Assembly: GCA_043228905.1 (NCBI GenBank)
Contig: JBHGNT010000017.1
Coordinates: 4,092,001-4,156,000 of the forward strand
Length of the DNA: 64,000 nucleotides
Origin: Azolla caroliniana
Taxonomy: Eukaryota > Plantae > Polypodiophyta
Direction of reading: 5' to 3'
The stretch's first letter is position 1. Every line of letters starts with the position of its first letter. Of this stretch, positions 23,845 to 36,686 are shown piece after piece. A program made the position numbers and the translations under genes. Below the pieces are notes generated by a model. The model saw nothing but the letters and a program-made list of their open reading frames with translations. It made no database searches and was not told the origin of the DNA.

Positions 23845-26800
23845 TGTTGAGATATCAAGCTCAACTTAGTTTAGTTAGTTAGTCAACCATGTAACTTCGT
23901 AATTACCTAGATAGAATCTAGTTAGAAGTGTTGACTATAATGCCTTAAATAGGACCTTGTACTTAAGTGGGATATTCTAGATCCTCCACTCCTAAGTACA
24001 TTTAATATAGGACTTACACTTTTGTACCTATATTATCCTCACGCATGTGTACCCTTGCACATGAAATGTATATATACCTCATTGTGGGTATTTTTTATTT
24101 GATGATGATAAAGCTAATTTAATATAGTTACTCATCCCCCATCCTGTGTTGTTCATAAGTGTATCTCTCTCTCTCTCTCTCTCTTCCTCTCACAGACATA
24201 CACATATCACATAATCTTCCGCTTATCATCTAATCACATAATTAGTTACTAATTAACCCTTTCGTAATTAATTACCTAATTATTAACATGGTATCAGAGT
24301 GTGTGGTTTAGAAAATCCACTAAGCCCACCCGACTCCGTGATTGTGTGTTCGAGACGCCGACGACAAAATCCAGCTATCGGCTATCGTGGTGCCGCTACG
24401 TAGCACATGTGCGTGATCGAAGGAAGAAAAGCAAAAGAAGAGAAGACACTACAATCAACATGAACACACAAATGGGTAGCTCGCTCCCTAATGAGAAGCT
24501 AGACCGGAGCAATTATTCATCTTGGGAGTACAAGATGACCCAATACCTCATCGGCCAAGGGTATTGGAGCTACATCAACGATGCTCAAGAAAATCGACCC
24601 GACCCAAAGAATGCCGACTACTCAACATGGGAGCAAGCGGCTAGTCGAGTCATGTATTGCTTGGCAACATGTGTCCACGACCACATGCTTAGCCATATTC
24701 GAGATGCCAAGATGCCTAGAGAAGTGTGGGCGAACTTAAAGAAAATGTTCGCCGCCAACACGACCGCTCGAAAGCTACAACTCTGACAAGAGTTGAACAA
24801 CATTCGGCAAAAAGACATGTCAGTGTCGAACTACACCGCCCAGATCAAGAACATTTGTGACTCGCTTGGCTCCATCAAAATAAACGTTGATGAAGATGAG
24901 ATGGTTCAAGTATGCTTGGGCGGCCTCGCACAACGATTCGACTTGTTGAGGACGGCAATCTTGACGAGGGAAAACCCTCCTTCATTCTTTGACCTCCAAT
25001 CAATGCTATTGGTTGAAGAGAACCAAGTCTGAACCAAAAGCAAGACGTTGGAAGGACAAATGTTCTTCTCGAATTTAGATAGTGGCCGAGGAGGAGGTCA
25101 CGGCGGTAGAAGAGGTCAATTCGACCCATCACACGAAGGGAACTCAAACCTTCACGGAAACCATCGAGGAACCTTCGGAAGAAGAGGGAGCTTCCACGCC
25201 GAACATGGTCAACAAAGGAGGCCCGCAACTTGCAATTATTGTGGCAAAATCGGCCACTACGAGCTAGAGTGTCGAAAAAAGAGAAGTGAGTCAGCTTCAA
25301 CAAGTCTACAACTCACAAACTACGCATCGATTTCCGACTACGAAAGATCGTAGCGGAATGTTCACGAATCACGCATCAAATTCCGACTACGACGATTGTA
25401 GTGAAATGTTTACAAAGTACGCCACCAATTCCGACTATGGCGACCGTCGCGGAATGTTCGTAATGAGGCATAAAGCGAACTCTATGATGGCATCCAACTC
25501 CTCAAGCACCTCCAACTCGTAAGACGTGTGGTTCGTCGACTCTGGCACCTCACATCACATGACATCTCACGAAGAGTGGTTTCGTGATTTACGAACGCTG
25601 GATCGATCCGGCTTGATAGAGACGGGAGACGACACCACGCACCCCATTCGGCACATCGGCAATGTCCCATATTCCATTCGGGAAAGAAGGCGAGCAAACT
25701 TGCATCAAGAATGTCTTGCACGTGCCCACAATAACGAAGAGTTTGGTCTCGGTCGGCCAAATCGTGGAGCAAGGCATGCAAGTCTGCTTCAACAACGAAG
25801 GTTGTTTCATTGAGAAAGATGGCCGACTTATAACTAAGGGGCGGAGAGGCAGCCGAATGTTCATCCTTGATTCGAATGAGGTGAAATCGGCAATGTACGC
25901 CAAAGATCTCAAAACCGAGACAAGCATCGAGTTGTGGCACAAGATAATCGGCCACATAAACCCTCAACGGCTTCAAGCGATGCAAACCAAGGGAGTCGTC
26001 ATCGGACTTCCGACATTTGAGTCGAAACGAGTCGACTGAGTATGCGAAGCGTGTCAACTCGGCAAACAACATCGACACCCATTCCCGAAGGAGAGCCACG
26101 CGAGCAAAGGCCTCCTCGACATCATACACTCGGATGTATGGGGACCGGCTCAAACGCCGACGATCGACGGATGCCGATTCTACGTCACCTTCATCGACGA
26201 CTACTCGCGTTATGCGTGGATCTTGCCAATGAAGAAGAAGAGTGAAGTGTTCTCCCACTTCCAAAAGCTCAAGGGGCAAGTCGAAAGAGAAATTGGTCGG
26301 CACATTCGATGCCTATGATCGGATTGAGGCAAGGAGTACTTCTCCGACGAATTCACCTCCTACCTCCAAAGTAAAGGCATTCGTAGAGAATTCTCATGCC
26401 GACATACACCCCAACAAACTGGAGTCGCCGAAAGGAAGAATCGACCAATACTTGAGGTAGCGCCATGATGCATGAGAAGCACATGCCGAATTTCTATTGG
26501 GCCGAAGCGGCATCCACGGCCATCTATCTCATGAATCGATGCACCACCAATGGATTCCATGAGCTAATTCCCTAAGATCTCCTCATCGGAAGGAAGTTGA
26601 TCCTGTCGTACCTCAAGGTGTTCAGAAGTATTGCGAATGTACACATCCCGAACGAACAACGAAAGAAGCCTGATGCGAAGTCGGTGGAATGTATCCTCAT
26701 AGGATACTCGTCCGCGAAGAAGGCATACAAGTACTACAACCCTTCTACTTGAGCGGTTCGGGTAAGTCGAGACATAGTCTTCGACGAGTCCGCATCCTGG

Positions 26801-29161
26801 TACGCACCAGAGACAACTCCGACTCCGACTCCGCTCGACCCGGAATCCGCCGAAAAAGAGGTAGAATATGGAGATCGCTTCGAACACATGTTCAAAGAAA
26901 GTCTGATTACGGCAAGGCCTAGTGGGCCACAAGAGCCCCCACGCGACCCAAGCACGTCGCGGCCAAGTACGAACTTGGACAAAGGCAAAGGTAAGATGCC
27001 CGAATATGAAGTTGACCACCCCGATGACAATTATTCAGATGGATCGGCTCCCTCACTAGATAGTGAGTTTGGTGTACCCATCATGCGTATACCCGGAGTA
27101 AAGAAGGCACCGACATCGGCGAGCAAAAAACTTCAACGCTCTTCTAGAGAGAAGAATCTCGTCACTCGGCTCGACTACAACGAGTATATGGCCCATCATT
27201 ACGCCTTCGCGATGAAGGTAGCGCCGAACAAGAGCCCTAGAGCTCTACAGAAGTAGCTTGTAACCCACGGTGGGTGAAAGCAGTCGACCAATTTTGCACA
27301 ACAAGCCTTCATCACAGGCTTGAGGGGGAGGAACCAAAACTCCCACAAAGAAGTCGACGCTGAAAGAAACAATACCGGCCATCAAAAGCCGAAGTCGATT
27401 CAACTGAATCGAAGATCCGAACGTCGAAAGCCAAAGCGGACATTGGATGCCCCGTACTTGAGCTTGAGGGGGCGTGTTGAGATATCAAGCTCAACTTACT
27501 TTAGTTAGTTAGTCAATCATGTAACTTCGTAGTTACCTAGATAGAATCTAGTTAGAAGTATCGACTATAATGCCTTAAATAGGACCTTGTACTTAAGTGG
27601 GATATTCTAGATCCTCCACTCCTAAGTACATTTAATATAGGACTTACACTTTTGTACCTATACAGTAGACATTCGGTTAAGTGCGCACTTTGAACGCAAG
27701 GAAGAAGTGCGCACTTAACCGAGCTGCGCACTTAGGGGTTTTCTGAAACATTTTAGGGTTTTTTGGAAATTTTTAGGGTTTTCTGAAATATTTTCCTTTT
27801 GTATGCTAATCATACAATTCGTGATAAGAAAAGTGATAAATTTATGTGATAAATTGACCTAAAATGTTTCTAGTTCCACCATTCATACTTTTCAATTTCT
27901 TTCTCTCAAACATTTTAGGGTTTTTGGGAATTTTTTAGGGTTTTCTGAAATATTTTTCCTTCTGTATGCTAATCATACAATTCTTGATAAGAAAAGTGAT
28001 CAATTTATGTGTTAAATTAACCTAAAATGTTTCTAGTTTCACCATACACACTCTTCAATTTCTTTCTCGGTTCTAGATGGTATTTGTCTTTTTGCTACAT
28101 CTGAGAAATACATCCATTATGCAACAAACCTAATGAGCTTCCTTGGATGCATCATGCGATGGGATTTTTTCTTGCGTTTTCTTCCTAGTGGCAGCAAGTT
28201 TGAGGAATTGAAGTACAGATGGAGGAGACAAGAAAAGAGAGAGGGGGAGCAACAGATAGATCACCGACTACAACTTTTGTCATCTAAACAAGATGCACAG
28301 AAAGAGAGAGGGAGGGAGAGAGGCTTTTTTCATGCAAGAAAAGAGCACACACAGATGTGATACAGGCACACACAGAAAGAGAAGGAGAACAGATGGATAT
28401 GTTGCGCGTGGAGAAGGAGAGCTCACGTTCACAGCCAATTGCTACAAAACTTGACTATTCACGATCATCAAGATTTGTTTTCCATTCTTTGCTTATGTTC
28501 TTTAATCAAGAATCAAAATCACAGATTTGTAATCGTAACACACACACGCGCACACACACATGTAGAACACATGACACACATGACATACCCACAGAAACTC
28601 CTTTCGTTGTTTTCTTAATGTTTGGACTCGCTCTCGTTACCATAACACTTCTTGGTTCCTGTGTGACTAAACTTGTGGGATGTCCTTGTAATCGTAAACA
28701 CACACATATGACACACACATAGACATACCCATAGAAGCTCCTTTCGTTGTTTTCTGAATGTTTGGAACATAGTTTTAACTTGGTTTGATGTAATTTCGTC
28801 ATGAAACAATGTAATTTTTTTGATCCAGATTTTGACCACTAAAAAAAGCGCACTTAATAGAATGGTGCACTTATGTGGGCACGCACTTAACCGAATGTCT
28901 ACTGTATTATCCTCACACATGTGCACCCTTGCACATGAAATGTATATATACCTCATTGTGGGTATTTTTGTATTTGATGATGATAAAGCTAATTTAATAT
29001 AGCTACTCATCCCCCATCTTGTGTTGTTCATAAGTGTATCTCTCTCTCTCTCTTCCTCTCACACACATACACACACATATCACATAATCTTCCGCTTATC
29101 AACTAATCACATAATTAGGTACTAATTAACCCTTGCTTAATTAATTACCTAATTATTAACA
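23845..29161 (+). mobile_element. Element D: Ty1/copia with RT-RNase H deleted
   Basis: LTRs 23845-24288 and 27475-29161 (interrupted); PBS TGGTATCAGAG (tRNA-iMet) at 24289; TSD GTGGG/GTAGG; gag knuckle CNYCGKIGHYELEC, WFVDSG protease, integrase remnants; jumps to the 3' UTR near 27285. Confidence 0.92.
27663..28904. mobile_element. Non-autonomous Tc1/mariner (pogo-like) DNA transposon inside the 3' LTR of D
   Basis: 23-bp TIR CAGTAGACATTCGGTTAAGTGCG; TA duplicated on both sides; the 5' LTR shows the empty site (TGTACCTATATTATCC); no transposase ORF seen. Confidence 0.9.
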
Positions 29162-29891
29162 GTAGGTTATCCGGTGAGCTTCAATAGTCCCTTCCTGCTT
29201 CTCATAGAAATAGAAGATGGATGTCTATGATAATCTGCAGGTGGATGTGGCAGAGATGAGGTTCCTCTTCATCCATGGTGCACCAGAATTCTGTGTTATT
29301 CTAATGCTTCTTTACTTTGTTCACGAGGGCTTCATCTCTTATTTTTGTGACAAAACAGGTTGCTTGACTGTATAGGGTATCTTTGATCTTGGACTTGGAC
29401 CAGTCCTCTTGTGCCAAAAGCAAGAGTGGAAAAGAAATTGAGGTCATCAGTACTCCATTCTTGTGTACCACCAATATATGTACCCTTATTTTGTCCACTG
29501 TCGTATGCCCTATACCTAGCCATTTCATGGCATTTTGCGGGTGTGGTTCAAGGTCCTAGCTAGATGTATCACACTCATTTATGGCTGGGAAGGCTATGAT
29601 CTTAGGCGTGATATTCAAACTACTGCATTCGTTTGTTGTTTCTCCGTTGGGTGTAGTTCTATTAAAGCTCCGCATTAGGGTCTTAACATGACTTATCCTT
29701 CGCCACTTCCCTATTTTGTAAGCTTTAACGAGGATTTTCTCTTGTGTGTTTGTAGTCACCTTGGGGCTTTCCTTGGGGTTTAAGAAAGCACTAGGGGAGT
29801 GTTCATTTGTGGGGGGGAGCTCTTGTAGTAGATCAAAATGATTGGAGCTCACTGGCGATGAAGGATTTTGTGACTGTGGAGTTTTACGTAG
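29162..29891 (-). mobile_element. Continuation of the host LINE (probable ORF1 C-terminal region)
   Basis: Joined to 23844 by the TSD of D; lies upstream of ORF2; SNHFDLL-type motif. Confidence 0.55.
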
Positions 29892-32800
29892 TGTTGAGAG
29901 ACAAACTCAACATCGGCCGGATCGGCTGAAGAAGCCGAGGACCAGATCGGTTGGGACCGATCGGTTAGGCCGAATGCGTAAACCGGTACGCAGACTGGTG
30001 CGTAGGTAGGGCCGAATCGGTGCGTAAACCAGGAGGCCGTGAGGAATATATTTGGGAGTTAGTGTAGGAGCTCTTAATGAGCATTGAAGTACTGTCAGTA
30101 CTTCGGTCAGTCCTTCTAGGACTTGTATAAAAGTGTTCATTGAACACACATATGTATAGAGTGTGGTGAATAGAGATTTTGTACTGCTGTTGAATATAGT
30201 TCTTGTTTTTCCCTCTCTCACTCTCTCTGTCTCTCTTGCGTATACTGCGTAAGCTCAAGCTCTCCATTAAACCTGAGTTTTCTTCCTTCTGTTCGGTCTT
30301 CCTACTTGCTTCCGCACGTTACTCTTTACATGGTATCAGAGCGCGAGGGTTGAGAACCTCTCTGCAGCCGACACAGCTTGACGAAGAAGAACAAGAAGAA
30401 CGATGGATAGAGGCATGGCGAGCTCGCTTCCAACAGAGAAGCTCGACAGAACCAACTACGTGTCTTGATCCTACAAGATGCACCAGTACTTGCTCGGGCA
30501 CGGCTACTGGAGTTATGTCGAAGGAGCTAATGACGCGGCACCCGAATCGACACATAGAGACTTCTCGTTGTGGGAGCAATCGGCGAGCAGGGTATTATAC
30601 TGCTTCGCGTCGTGTGTGGGCGAACAGCTATTGAGCTATGTTCGGGATGCAAAGACGCCGAAGGGTGCGTGGGAAAATCTGAAGAAGATTTTCGCCGCGA
30701 GCACCACAGCCAGGAAGCTTCAGCTCCTACAGGAGTTGAGCAACCTACGACAACGCGACCTGTCGGTGGCGGACTATACTTCGAAGATCAAGGATATCTG
30801 CGACTCCCTCGCCTCCATAGAGGTGAACATCGAGGAGAGCGAGATGGTCCAGATCTGTCTCGGAGGTTTGGCGTCGAAGTTCGGAGCGTTCCGAACGGCT
30901 GTGTGTACCCGTGAGAATACGTCGTCCTTTTTCGACTTACAGTCAATGCTCCTGGTAGAGGAGAACCACACGGATGCGTCTACAAACACGCACACCCATA
31001 GCAGAATGGTGTACACGGAGGGAGATAGGCCCCGTGGACGTGGAGGATGAGGCGAGTTAGCGCGCAATGGAGGCGGCCGACAAGATCAAGGAAGGAGGCA
31101 CCGAAGTGAGGGGCTTTCCTTGGGGTTTAAGAAAGCACTAGGGGAGTGTTCATTTGTGGGGGGGAGCTCTTGTAGTAGATCAAAATGATTGGAGCTCACT
31201 GGCGATGAAGGATTTTGTGACTGTGGAGTTTTACGTAGTGTTGAGAGACAAACTCAACATCGGCCGGATCGGCTGAAGAAGCCGAGGACCAGATCGGTTG
31301 GGCAACTCCGGACCCTCCGGAAACAGGGGGAGTCAAAGCGATGAGGACTGGCAAGGGAAGGCCATCGCGGAGTGCTGGTACTGTGGCAAGAAAGGCCACA
31401 GGGAAAGTGAGTGCTGGAAGAAGCACGCCGATTCGGAGAGAACCGGCTCCAGAAACGGCTCCGGACATATCGACAAGGGAAATCGGCAGCGATTGCACTA
31501 CACCGAAGACTCCGGGAGAGCCGGAGAAGGGTTTGCCTTCGTGACAAGACAAGAAGCAAACTCAATGAAACAGACCACCCCGAGATCGGACGAGGTGTGG
31601 TACGTAGACTCCGGCGCGTCAAACCACATGACGAGCCATAAGGAGTGGTTCTCGTACATTGAAAAACCGATACAACCTGGAGTAGTCGCAATTGGAGACG
31701 ACACTCCGCATCCAATCGCGAATGTCGGAGAAGTTTTCCTTAGCCATGTCAGGCAGAAAGGGAAACTCATGAACGTACTACATGTTCCGACAATCACGAA
31801 GAACTTGGTCTCGGTCGGACAGATCGTCGACCAAGGGATGGAGGTTCGGTTTACACACCTCGGGTGCTTCATTGAGGAAGAAGGTCGGGTTATTGCGCAA
31901 GGGCGCAGAGACGGGAGGATGTTCATCCTCGATTCCACTAACGGCGGCACCGCAATGTTTGCGAAGGGACAAAAATCCGAGTCGGACATCGACTTGTGCA
32001 CAAACGGATAGGCCACGTCAACTACCAGCGGCTTCAAGACCTGCAATCGAAACAAGTGGTGTTCGGATTGCCCAAATTTAGTGGCCGAAAGGCACAAATT
32101 TGTGAAGCATGCCAACTCGGGAAGCAACACCGACTTCCTTTCCCAAACGAGCGAAACCGGAGCCGGAACAAGCTCGACCTTATACACTCCGATGTATGGG
32201 GGCCAGCACAAAACATTAGTCTTGGCGGGAGCCGTTATTTCGTCTCCTTTATCGACGACCACACGCGGCACACGTGGATCTACCTCATTGAGAGGAAGAG
32301 CGAAGTCTTCGACTATTTCCGGGACCTCAAAGGGTTCGTGGAAACGGAAACGGGACGAAAGATCAAGTGCCTGCGGTCGGATGGCAGGAAAGAGTACTTT
32401 TCTGGTCAATTCAACGGTTATCTACAACAAATGGGAATTCGGCGCGAATTCAATTGTAGATACACGCCGGAGCAGAACGGTGTGGCCGAGAGGAAGAATC
32501 GGTCAGTTGTGGAAGCGGCACGGGCAATGTTGGAGGAGAAGAGCTTGCCCAAGTTCTACTGGGCCGAGGCGGTAAGGACCGCGGTATACATCCAGAACCG
32601 GATCGGAGACAAAGTGTCGGCGCACGAGCTATATTTCGGAACGAAGCCGAACTTGCGACACTTGAGGGTGTTCGGTAGCATTGCGTATGTGCATGTACCG
32701 AAGGAGAAAAGGAGGAAGTTGGACGCAAAGGCCGAGAAATGCATCTTGGTCGGTTACTCGGACGAGCAAAAGGGTTATAAGTGTTATAACCCTCACACCA

Positions 32801-35610
32801 AACAAGCGCGTGTTAGCCGCGACGTTGTGTTTGACGAGTCCGCGTCCTGATACCAGCCCCCGACTCCAATCCGAGTTCTGACGATGAGGTCAGCGAGGCC
32901 GAGATGCCTCCGGATGAGACCGAAATCGAGACCCGCGAAGAGAGTCCGATTTCACTCCGTTTAAGTGGACCGATTGGACGACTGAGTCGGTACGATCAGT
33001 CCGATGAAGAGCCGGCGAGTAGTGGAGACTCGGCCGTGCATTCCCCGCGCAGGAAGCCGAGGAGACGGCTTATGCGCAAAGAGAAAGGGAAGAAGAAGGT
33101 GTCGGATCGCGGCACTGATAGGAACGAGTCAGACCGATGCGAGTCCGACTCCGAGGGAACCGGTGACGGGTCTTTAAAGGTGAAGTCCGCGTCGACCGAG
33201 AAGGCCTAGACATCGGCTAATGTGAGATTACGCCGATCTACCCGCCAGAAGAATCTTGTTTTGTGGTTCGGATACAACGAGTACATGGCGCATCATTATG
33301 CGTACATGACCCGTGTAGCGGAAGTGCGTGAGCCGGAGAGCTACGCAGAAGCAGCTAACGACGCGAATTGGCGTGCCGCAATGGAGGAAGAGATGCACGC
33401 ATTGGCGGAGAACGAGACATGGGACCTGGTTGACGCACCAAGAGGGGTAAAACCGATTAGGTGTAGGTGGGTGAACAAGTTCAAGTACAACACCGATGGC
33501 TCGGTCAACCGGTACAAGGCTCGGCTAGTGGCAAAGGGCTACGCGCAGAAACACGACATCGACTACGATGAGACATTTGCGCCGGTCGCGAAAATGACGA
33601 CCGTCCGTGTTTTGCTCGCAGTAGCTGCGGTGAAGGGGTGGCACTTACATCAGATGGATGTAAAGAATGCGTTCCTGCAAGGTAACCTTGAGGAACAGGT
33701 GTACATGGTACAGCCCCCCGGATTTCACTCTGGAACGAACTCCTCGGCAGTATGCCGACTGAAGAAGTCCCTTTACGGACTGAAGCAAGCCTCGCGTGCC
33801 TGGAACGCGAAGATCACACAACAACTGCGTCGGATGGGCTTCGTCACGTCAAAATCGGACTCTTCCCTGTTCATCCGGAAAGGTCGACTCGGACCGGTTA
33901 GTATTTTACTATATGTTGATGACTTGGTCATCACCGGCGCCGACCTAGGTGAAATCGACCGCGTGGAGCTCCAGCTTGCGGCATCGTTCGACATGAAGGA
34001 TCCAGGGGACCTTCATTACTTCCTCGGGATCGAAGTGATCCATACCCCCGAAGGCATATTGATCAGCCAACGTCATTATGTGCTGAGTATGCTCTTCAAA
34101 TTCGGGATGGCCGACTGTAAGTCTGTCTCGACTCCTCTGGACAGAACCGTCAAGCTTCGTCCCGATACGGGAAAGGTATGTGATCCGACGAGGTTCCGTC
34201 AAATTGTCGGAAGCCTCATCTACTTGACCATCACCCGACCCGACCTCAATTATCCAGTCTGAGTGATCAGTCAGTTCATGGCGCAACCTACCGAGGAGCA
34301 CCTTCAGTGTGCGCAATGCATACTTCGGTATGTCAACGGCACTAAGGATCAGGGACTGCTATATCGGACCGGTGCAGCCGCGCAGTTAGTCGGCTACACC
34401 GATTCTGATTGGGCTGGCAACGCCGCCGATCGCCGATCCACGTCCGGATACGCGTTCTCCCTCGGGAGTGCCGCGATCGCGTGGAGCAGTAAGAAGCAGC
34501 CGACAGTTGCATTGTCGAGCACCGAAGCTGAGTACCGAGGAGCGGTTGTCGCGACATGCAAAGCCATATGGTTGAAGCAGCTACTTAAGGACCTGCAAGA
34601 GGAGGTGTCAGATCCGACGACGATCTACTGCGACAACCTCAGCAACGTCCAGCTCGCAAAAAACCCCGTTTTCCATGCACGGACCAAGCACATTGAGGTG
34701 CACTACCATTTCGTCCATAAGCGTGTCCTTTCCGGTGAAGTCGAACTTCAGTACGTTCCGACGGATCGGCAAACTGCCGACATCTTCACCAAGCCTCTTG
34801 GTCTGGACAAGTTGCGGCAATTCTCAAGTGCGCTCGGATTGCGTCACCTCGACGTGCCAAACTTGAGGGGGAGAACAGTCCCAAACGACCAAGCAAGGCA
34901 GCAGGAAAGGAGCGGAGACCGTGACATCGAGTCGGTTGACTCGGTTGTCGAGTTCGACTTCGGATCAGCTGAAGAAGCCGAGGGTAGACCCGCGGAAAAT
35001 TCCGGAAGCGGACAGAAGGGGAGCAGCCGAAGGAGAGAGCCGAAGCCAACCACTCATGGGGAAGATGACGCCATCGAGACCGAGAAGACCGAAGACAAGT
35101 TGGAGACAGCCAACTCGGACGAGAGCGAAAACTGATCGGAGGTAGCCGAGTTGGTTCGGATGTTTGATTCAGATACACTGAATCAACCGAGGCCCAAGCG
35201 GAAGAAAAGGCAGCCGGAGAAGCGTCAACACCGCAACAGCAAAAGAGCTGATAAGGGCCACATGAGCAGACAAGCCGACCGGAAGGGTCGAAGCGCGCGG
35301 AGTCGAATAGGTCATGGAGCGCGAGTGAGGCGTGAAGCCAAGAGGAACCGGAGCTCTGAGCCCGAAGATCCTCAAGTTGAGCTTGAGGGGGAGTGTTGAG
35401 AGACAAGCTCAACATCGGCCGGATCGGCTGAAGAAGCCGAGGACCGGATCGGTTGGGACCGATCGGTTAGGCCGAATGCGTAAACCGGTACGCAAACCGG
35501 TGCGTAGGTAGGGCCGGATCGGTGCGTAAACCGGGAGGCCGTTAGGAAAGATATTCCGTGAGGAATATATTTGGGAGTTAGTGTAGGAGCTCTTAATGAG
35601 CATTGAAGTA
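29892..35610 (+). mobile_element. Element E: decayed Ty1/copia with a truncated 3' LTR
   Basis: 5' LTR 29892-30330, PBS TGGTATCAGAGC 30331-30342, gag-PR-IN-RT-RH with stops and frameshifts (WYVDSGAS, HSDVWG, QMDVKNAFL, LYVDD, YTDSDWAG), PPT 35383-35393, 3' LTR 35394-35610 cut short. Confidence 0.93.
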
Positions 35611-35639
35611 TCCTCACCAAAATCATGCATCCTCACCAA

Positions 35640-36686
35640 ATAATAGTGGACTCAACGGGCATCCTTGTCTAAGTGATCTTTTCAATGGTATTGCCTTGGT
35701 AACTCCACCATTTAACATAACGTGTGAGACTGCACCTAATCCCACCAACAACGATATTTGAGACATCCTTTCCCCAAAACCCATATGAGACATAAGTTGA
35801 GTAATAAAAGACCAACTTACATGATCATATGCCTTCTCGATGTCAAGTTGTATCATTACAATTTGTTGTTTGGATTCCTTTGCATAATCCACTGCCATTT
35901 GCACATTCAAAATATTATGCAGGATGTCCCTTCCCTTAATAAACCCATATTGCATTGGATGGACCATAGACGACATAACCTTTTGAAGTCTATTTGCAAT
36001 TACTTTGGCAAAATTCTTATACATCCCACCCATTAATGATATCGGTCTCCATTGAGCAAAAGATGTAGGAGATGTAACTTTTGGTATAAGTTTAACCAGA
36101 CCAAGTTTCCATGAATCGAGCATTTTACCAGAACTCCATATTTCTTGGAATATCATTGTTAGAGGGGCTTTGAGTTCATGTAAAAAGGCTTTAAAAAACT
36201 CATTTGTAATGCCATCCCAACCCATTAATGATATCGGTCTCCATTGAGCAAAAGATGTAGGAGATGTAACTTTTGGTATAAGTTTAACCAGACCAAGTTT
36301 CCATGAATCGAGCATTTTACCAGAACTCCATATTTCTTGGAATATCATTGTTAGAGGGGCTTTGAGTTCATGTAAAAAGGCTTTAAAAAACTCATTTGTA
36401 ATGACATCCCAACCCGGGCTTTTATCACTTGCACGATGTGATAATACATATTCCACCTCCTCCTCCTTTATATCCTCCTCCAATGCAATCATGTCATGTT
36501 GCCCACCATTCACCTGGACTGAGTTAAATAGCATCGATTACGCTTGTGTTATATGCCATCATTCATAATACAATCTTACCCTAAAAGATTTGTGAAATGT
36601 TTAACACAATTATCAATAATCACTTGTGGGTTTGTATTCAAAGTTCCATCAATCTCTACATTTACCACATTCATTCTAGCATGAGA
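35640..36686 (-). mobile_element. L1-type LINE RT fragment with an in-frame 192-bp tandem duplication
   Basis: KSPGWD, WRPISL, QYGFIKGR, LDIEKAYDHV, RQGCPLSPLLF; repeat units 36029-36220 and 36221-36412. Confidence 0.9.

Noticed and set aside
27730-27945. Interstitial telomere
   Set aside because: The TTTAGGG motifs are isolated, not tandem, and lie inside a transposon
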